Source: Octopus sinensis (taxonomy: Eukaryota). From it: DNA of 14,206 nucleotides. The stretch is from positions 1 through 14,206 of the forward strand of contig NW_021826092.1 of NCBI RefSeq assembly GCF_006345805.1, given 5' to 3'. Positions 8,546-14,206 of the stretch are shown piece after piece. Made by a program: the position numbers and the translations under genes. Position 1 is the first letter of the stretch. Each line of letters opens with the position of its first letter. The notes below the pieces were generated by a model. The model saw nothing but the letters and a program-made list of their open reading frames with translations, ran no database searches and was not told the origin of the DNA.

Positions 8546-8874
8546 TATATGTATGTATATATATGTATATATACTGCGGTTGATTTTTAGCTCATTAACC
8601 AAAAATCATTTAGTTTTTATACTGTTGTTAAGCCTTATTCATAAGTATTGCTGTAAGATATATTCTCGATAAATTAGACTTCAAAATTCTGGGCTGCTAT
8701 CTCTCGTCAGACTAGGTTTGCAGGCAGAAACGTCGGAGACACAGTCAGATCGCATCTTGAAAAAGTTTAATAAACTTACTGTATTAAAAAGCATTGATCA
8801 GTTCTTCTATTCGTTGTTAATTATTTTAATAGATAGCTTCACATGAAAATAATATTTTGAGACGTAGGACTAAT

Positions 8875-8994
8875 AGATAGATAGATTGATAAGTAGATAG
8901 ATAGATAGATAGATACATACATACATACATACATACATACATACATACATGCATGCATGCATGCATACATACATACATACATACATACATACAT

Positions 8995-9025
<31 letters not shown>

Positions 9026-9057
9026 TACATACATACATACATACATACATACATACA
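8875..9057. repeat. Compound tetranucleotide microsatellite (GATA)n-(CATA)n-(ATGC)n-(CATA)n
   Basis: Directly visible; abuts the tail of the element at 9058. Confidence 0.96.
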
Positions 9058-9322
9058 TTTATTGGCCACGCAGAGCTAAACACAGAAGGGACAAAATACA
9101 AAGTAGAGCTTTTCTTTTGGGGAAGAAGAGAAGGGGAAAAGGGGGGGCGAATTCCGATCAAAAGGGATCCTGAAAAAAAAAATCTGGGGGCCAATCAATA
9201 GGGATCGTGTATCACGGAAATGTCAATGTAAAAAGGGAAAACAGATTAGGTTTGACCGTGGATAGAAAAGCCTACGGAAAAGACCACGGAACCTTGGGCA
9301 ATAGTGTCATGCAAAAAGAAAC
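9058..9322 (-). mobile_element. Probable 3' end (3' UTR) of a LINE or related retroposon sharing its tail with SINE family A
   Basis: Minus strand ends ttgtcccttctgtgtttagctctgcgtggccaataaa followed by (GTAT)n, a 30/37 match to the SINE-A tail at 8503-8539. The upstream ~230 bp is unrelated to the SINE. The 5' boundary is approximate and no RT sequence is visible. Confidence 0.6.
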
Positions 9323-9709
9323 TACATTACAGTAAGTGGCTCTCTATTTTCCTTTCGTTTGTTTTTAATAGCTAGATAGAAAGATAGATAGATAGATACA
9401 GATATGCATACGCACACAAACACAAATACGCATGTATATGAATGTGTGTGAAGACTCTTAGTAGACATATTTGTATTTGTATGTGAATATGTGATTGTTA
9501 GCGTGCGTGCACCTTGCGCTCCTGAGTACGGGTGCACGCGCCTGTGTGTGTGTGCTTGCGTTGACGCATATGTGTTTTTTTTTTTTTATGTAGGTACGCA
9601 TATTTCCGAAACTATCTTATTCAAATATCATGAAGACTATAGAATTTCTGGCAGGCGAAAAAAACAAAATGAAGGAAGTCGCAATACAAACAACCATAAA
9701 AGAAAATCA

Positions 9710-10093
9710 TCTCTCTATATATAAACGGCAGTTTGTCTGTGCGTGTTTCTGTGTGTCTGTTTTCTCGTACCCTCACCCTGACCACGGCTTTCAACCGATT
9801 CTGATGAAACTTGACACACACATAGCCCAATGTCATAATTCAAAACTAACGCAGCGAAAATTTTGAAAAGTTCCCCCAGTTCTGAAAAAAATCGATAAAT
9901 TCGACATGGGGTCGAGAATGAGAAACCCAAACCACAGACCGTCTAGGGGACGCAACTCCACCTGTTTTAACTCTCAAAAAAATTTACCATCATTTTTTTT
10001 CCATTTTTTTGCTATTTTTTGGCTATAACTCTCTAAAAATGCTTTATAGTTATTTCCCTTACAAATCTGAGCAACGCCGGGCGATACTGCTAG
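9710..10093 (+). mobile_element. Non-autonomous Helitron, 384 bp (family H2)
   Basis: Starts A|TCTCTCTATATATAAA and ends ctgagcaacgccgggcgatactgCTAG|T. The 3' ~115 bp is shared with H1. A gtctgt-type repeat lies near the 5' end. Confidence 0.88.
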
Positions 10094-10330
10094 TAGGAAA
10101 TAAAATGAAGATCGCTCTTTGGTGATTTTAAAAGCACGGTCTTCTCTCTCTTTCTCTTTCTCTCTTTCACTTTCTCTTTTTTTCTCTCTCTCTCTCTCAC
10201 ACACACGCACGAGTTTCCACACATACACACACGCCTCTCCCTCATACGCTCCCTCCACACATTCATATTCATTCCTTCCTACATTTTGCGTTTTGGGATT
10301 TTTTCTCTCTTGTGTTTCACATTGTTATAT

Positions 10331-10713
10331 GTGGAGGCGCAATGGCCCAGTGGTTAGGGCAGCGGACTCGCGGTCGTAGGATCGCGGTTTCGATTCCCAG
10401 ACCGGGCGTTGTGAGTGTTTAATGAGCGAAAACACCTAAAGCTCCACGAGGCTCCGGCAGGGATGGTGGTGATCCCTGCTGTACTCTTTCACCACAACTT
10501 TCTCTTATTCTTACTTCCTGTTTCTGTTGTACCTGTATTTCAAAGGGCCGGCCTTGTCACTCTCTGTGTCACGCTGAATATCCCCGAGAACTGCGTTAAG
10601 CGTACACGTATCTGTGGAGTGCTCAGCCACTTACACGTTAATTTCACGAGCAGGCTGTTCCGTTGATCGGATCAACCGGAACCCTCGTCGTCGTAACCGA
10701 CGGAGTGCTTCCC
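10331..10713 (+). mobile_element. tRNA-derived SINE family R (variant b), full-length ~380 bp
   Basis: A-box TGGCCCAGTGG (10343-10353) and B-box-like GGTTTCGATTCC. Head and body are shared with the 7760 copy, but the tail differs (...gtcgtaaccgacggagtgc). Possible 8-bp TSD tatatgtg at 10326-10333 and 10715-10722. It may correspond to a described octopus OK/OR-type SINE; this needs alignment. Confidence 0.88.
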
Positions 10714-11133
10714 ATATATGTGCGTATGAGTACGTGCATGCATGTGTCTGTGTGTACGGGCGTGTATATGCATGTGTGTGTGCGTAGAAAGGGCTCCTTA
10801 GCCGTAGTGAAGGCAATCTATCTAGGAGATAACCTTACAATAAATCACTGGGTCCGTAGCTTAGAAATACTGGGTTGACGTCCAGCGGGAACAGCTTTGT
10901 TTCATGGAGGAGGAAAGATCTTCTTTAGTACTTGGTTGTACAATGCTTTCCAATGTAGTAGTAGTGGCGCGCGCACACATTATTAGCCAATTGAAAAGAC
11001 TATGAAAGTCTCGACCACAGTCGAACAATGATGAATGATGATGATGATGTGTGTGCGTGTAGGTGATTGCATGTGAGTGCATTCGTACGTATGTATTTTT
11101 ACAAAATATAAAATACATGTATATATATATATC

Positions 11134-11358
11134 CAGTAATCCCTCGACTATCGCGGGTGTTACGTTCCAAAATCCCCTACGATGGGTAAAAATTCGCAAA
11201 GTAGAAACAGTGATGTACTGAAGATTTTTTTTGTTGTTATATTTATAATTTGTATATATTTATTTTATTGTAAATACAAAACAGCACCACGGAGGAATCG
11301 ACGTAAGCTTTAATAACAAACTGCAATAGGTGAACCGCAATAAAGCGAGGGATTACTG
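11134..11358. mobile_element. MITE, Tc1/mariner (pogo/Tigger-like), 225 bp
   Basis: TIRs cagtaatccctcgactatcgcgg (11134-11156) and ccgcaataaagcgagggattactg (11335-11358), with the outer 13 nt perfectly complementary. The interior is AT-rich. The expected TA TSD is degenerate (TC left, CA right). Confidence 0.8.
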
Positions 11359-11363
11359 CACGT

Positions 11364-11428
<65 letters not shown>

Positions 11429-11429
<1 letters not shown>

Positions 11430-11664
11430 TTTTTTATTGCCCACAAGGGGCTAAACATAGAGGGGACAAACAAGGACAGACAAGGGGATTAAGTCGATTA
11501 CATCGACCCTCCCCACCCAGTGCGAAACTGGTACTTTATTTATCGACCCCGAAAGGATGAAGGCAAAGTCGACCTCGGCAGAATTTGAACTCAGAACGCA
11601 ACGACAGACGAAATACCGCTAAGCATTTCGCCCGGCGCGCTAACGAGTCTGCCAGCACGCCGCC
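11429..11664 (-). mobile_element. SINE family A, G-insert subtype, inserted in (GATA)n
   Basis: Full head, body and tail; cgaccctccccacccagtg insert. Confidence 0.93.
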
Positions 11665-11666
11665 TT

Positions 11667-11714
<48 letters not shown>

Positions 11715-11782
11715 AGAGAGATAGATAGATAGATAGATAGTAGATAGATAGATAGATAGATATAGATAGATAGATAGATAGA

Positions 11783-12019
11783 TTTTTTTATTGCCCACAA
11801 GGGGCTAAACATAGAGGGGACAAACAAGGACAGACAAGGGGATTAAGTCGATTACATCGACCCTCCCCACCCAGTGCGAAACTGGTACTTTATTTATCGA
11901 CCCCGAAAGGATGAAAGGCAAAGTCGACCTCGGCAGAATTTGAACTCAGAACGCAACGACAGACGAAATACCGCTAAGCATTTCGCCCGGCGCGCTAACG
12001 AGTCTGCCAGCACGCCGCC
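11783..12019 (-). mobile_element. SINE family A, G-insert subtype, second copy
   Basis: Identical to 11429-11664 except for one A in ggatgaaaggc. Confidence 0.9.
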
Positions 12020-12020
12020 T

Positions 12021-12097
<77 letters not shown>

Positions 12098-12363
12098 CGT
12101 AAAAGTACGAATAGGGAAAAATATGTCTGCTTTTATATTACAATACATTTCATTCCAAAATGGACCGCACCGTTTTGCAGCTGTTGTCTACGTTGTCGTC
12201 GTCGTCGTCACAATCACCACCTCCTACTTTTCCTGTCCTCCTTCTTCACATTTACTTCCGCTTCTCTCTCTTCTCCACCTTCCCCATGACCACTCTCCCT
12301 CCATATCCACAGTCCCCATCCTTAAGCTTCTCCTCCTCCTTCTTCTTTTTCTTCTTGTTTTTC

Positions 12364-12440
12364 ATAAAATAAAGAACCAGTTCATTACTGGGATCGGTGC
12401 AATCGACCTAAAATTGCTAGACTTGTGCCAAAATTTGAAA
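12364..12440 (+). mobile_element. Old 3' fragment of an A/B-superfamily SINE with a third tail variant
   Basis: ataaaataaagaaccagttcattactgggatcggtgcaatcgac is a diverged central domain. It is followed by aaattgctagacttgtgccaaaatttgaaa and then (ATT)n/(GTT)n. Confidence 0.6.
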
Positions 12441-12679
12441 TATTTATTATTATTATTATTATTGTTGTTGTTGTTATTTAAGACATCGTTCAGTATCCAA
12501 TATCGCGATGTTGTTGATTGAAGATGTTGTGTCTACGGGGGTTTGTACTGTCTGTCATAAGGACCTCAGACAGGACCTCATATCAAAACAAGGATCTCAG
12601 ACTCAATATGCGTACAGATACAAGTAAACCCAGTTTTTGCAATACACCTAGATTGTAGGTTATGATCCAGCCATGCCAC

Positions 12680-12700
12680 TATTATTATTATTATTATTAC

Positions 12701-12743
<43 letters not shown>

Positions 12744-12752
12744 GTTATTATT

Positions 12753-12794
<42 letters not shown>

Positions 12795-12834
12795 CGTCGT
12801 TGTTGTCGTTGTTGTCGTTGTTGTTATTTTTATT
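12680..12834. repeat. Compound trinucleotide microsatellite (ATT)n-(GTT)n-(GTC)
   Basis: Directly visible. Confidence 0.96.
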
Positions 12835-13417
12835 GAGTGAGAGAGCAGTGCATGCCATCAAAGTGACACTGGGGTAAAATATACTAAGCCCAGTATACCC
12901 ATCATGACTACCCGTCTGATAAGGGTACACTAGGCAGATGCATCACAACCATATGTGCTCGACATGGTGATCTCATATCAAGATAAACAGCACATGACCT
13001 TGCAGGTGGGGCCCAGTTAGAATTTTCTTCAGGTTGAGTAGCCCATCCCGCTCAAACGGTCTCTGAATAAGGGTTGTTTAAGGATGTTGAAAGAACCACC
13101 CATGTTTCCAGAGGTGAATTATTCAAACCCCAAAGAATCCCTCTCACACATGGCTATGATGCTCCCCACTACTTCTGCTCGTGATCAGAGATGCACATAT
13201 CGTCAGCCACTAAGGAACATGCTCAACTGGTTACGGTCAAACAACTGACAAGCAAATCTGTGGTACTGAGCAGAATATTTGCTGTAGCCCATCTTTTATA
13301 CCAAGACAAAAGAATGTACATGATATCACTTCTAATCAGTTAAGATCAGAAGCCACGAGAGCCACAGTCTGGTACTGCATCAGGGCATCGCCACTGCTTG
13401 GTACTGCATCAGGGCAC
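12835..13417 (-). mobile_element. ~583-bp non-coding interspersed element embedded in (TAA)n; candidate R4/Dong-type retroelement derivative
   Basis: Balanced-composition block with sharp edges and ATT repeats on both sides. A 29-nt tandem duplication lies at one end. There is no ORF. Strand and family are inferred. Confidence 0.5.
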
Positions 13418-13426
13418 TTATTATTA

Positions 13427-13477
<51 letters not shown>

Positions 13478-13540
13478 GTTAGTAGTATTAGTAGTAGTAG
13501 TAGTAGTAGTAGTAGTAGAACTAGTAGTAGAAGTACTAGT
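13418..13540. repeat. Compound trinucleotide microsatellite (ATT)n-(AGT)n
   Basis: Directly visible. Confidence 0.96.
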
Positions 13541-13826
13541 ATGTAATCCGATTCCACCAAATTGTTACACTGACTTCATCCGTCTTCTTTTAAAGCTACA
13601 AAGCAGAAAATGAATGAAAACTAAAAGAAAACAGCGGTTCGGCAAAAAGAGAACGATAGAATATATACTAAGATTTCGAGACTTTAGAATGAGAACCGAA
13701 TCGACTGGCTTCGATTTTTCTAAGACACATCAAAGATCATTTACATCAAAGACACATCAAAGATCATACAGTTGTGAAAGATATGAAAAGAAAACGTGGA
13801 GATGCTGTCAAATCTAAGGAAGCATA

Positions 13827-14206
13827 TCTTTATATGTAAAAGTCAAGTTGTGTATCTGTCTCCTACGATTTAGATTCCTAACTACTCCCACATTTTGCGG
13901 TGCAGTTTAACTAAAACCGGGTATCTTATAGTCGTGATTCATATTGAGCCCTTCTGTGTATTAGCGCGCGTCTACGATGAGCCTACGATTTTAAAAATGA
14001 TTTACCATAATTTTTTCCATTTTAATGCATTTTTTCGCTATTATATAAGGGAAGTAACTCTCTAAAAATGTCTACGATGAGTCAACGATTTAAAAAAAAA
14101 ATTACTATCATTTTTTCTCCATTTTTAATGCATTTTTTTTTGGTATTTTTTGGCTATAACTCTCTAAAAAATGCTTATATAGTTATTTCCCCCTTAAACC
14201 CAAACC
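13827..14206 (+). mobile_element. Non-autonomous Helitron family H1 with internal ~100-bp tandem duplication (runs off the window's right edge)
   Basis: Starts A|TCTTTATATGTAAAAG and aligns to the reverse complement of 1711-2008. tctacgatga starts at 13971 and 14071. The 3' hairpin and CTAG are not reached within the window. Confidence 0.87.

Larger units (their letters stand above)
11365..12097. repeat. (GATA)n arrays enclosing a tandemly duplicated SINE (period 354 bp)
   Basis: GATA runs at about 11365-11428, 11667-11782 and 12021-12096. Confidence 0.95.

Noticed and set aside
8701-8740. GAAACGTC resembling the minimal hammerhead ribozyme of Penelope-like elements
   Set aside because: The required upstream CTGANGA core is absent on that strand (cagactag) and stem I does not pair in register; at most a decayed remnant.
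9801-9812. CTGATGA motif inside Helitron H2
   Set aside because: It is followed directly by AAC with no stem II or GAAA; not a hammerhead.
10790-11030. Unique stretch with short open frames on both strands
   Set aside because: No recognisable protein and no convincing splice-site pair.
13614-13817. ORF with a doubled KTHQRS recalling C2H2 zinc-finger helices
   Set aside because: It arises from a 19-bp direct repeat (13722-13740 and 13749-13767); it lacks the second His, the CxxC spacing and the TGEKP linker.

Overview
Repeat-saturated, non-coding eukaryotic DNA. No credible protein-coding gene, RNA gene or CRISPR array is present, and nearly every ORF in the track is a translation of microsatellites or SINEs. 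The window holds about 14 tRNA-derived SINE copies or fragments from several modular families, three non-autonomous Helitrons, one Tc1/mariner(Tigger)-like MITE, a probable LINE 3' end, a ~580-bp element embedded in (TAA)n, a 197-bp palindrome and many di-, tri- and tetranucleotide microsatellites. The composition and SINE types suggest an octopus (coleoid cephalopod) intron or intergenic region; this is inference from recall, not a database hit. The most unusual signal is head-to-tail SINE multimers at two loci. Their units are cut at the same nucleotide, in the loop of a hairpin in the tRNA-like head, and the junction forms a palindrome (GAAATA-GG-TATTTC). Other points of interest: compensatory base changes in a SINE hairpin, a SINE/LINE shared tail, Helitrons sharing a 3' module, and three local tandem duplications that may be assembly artefacts. 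All alignments and counts were done by eye.
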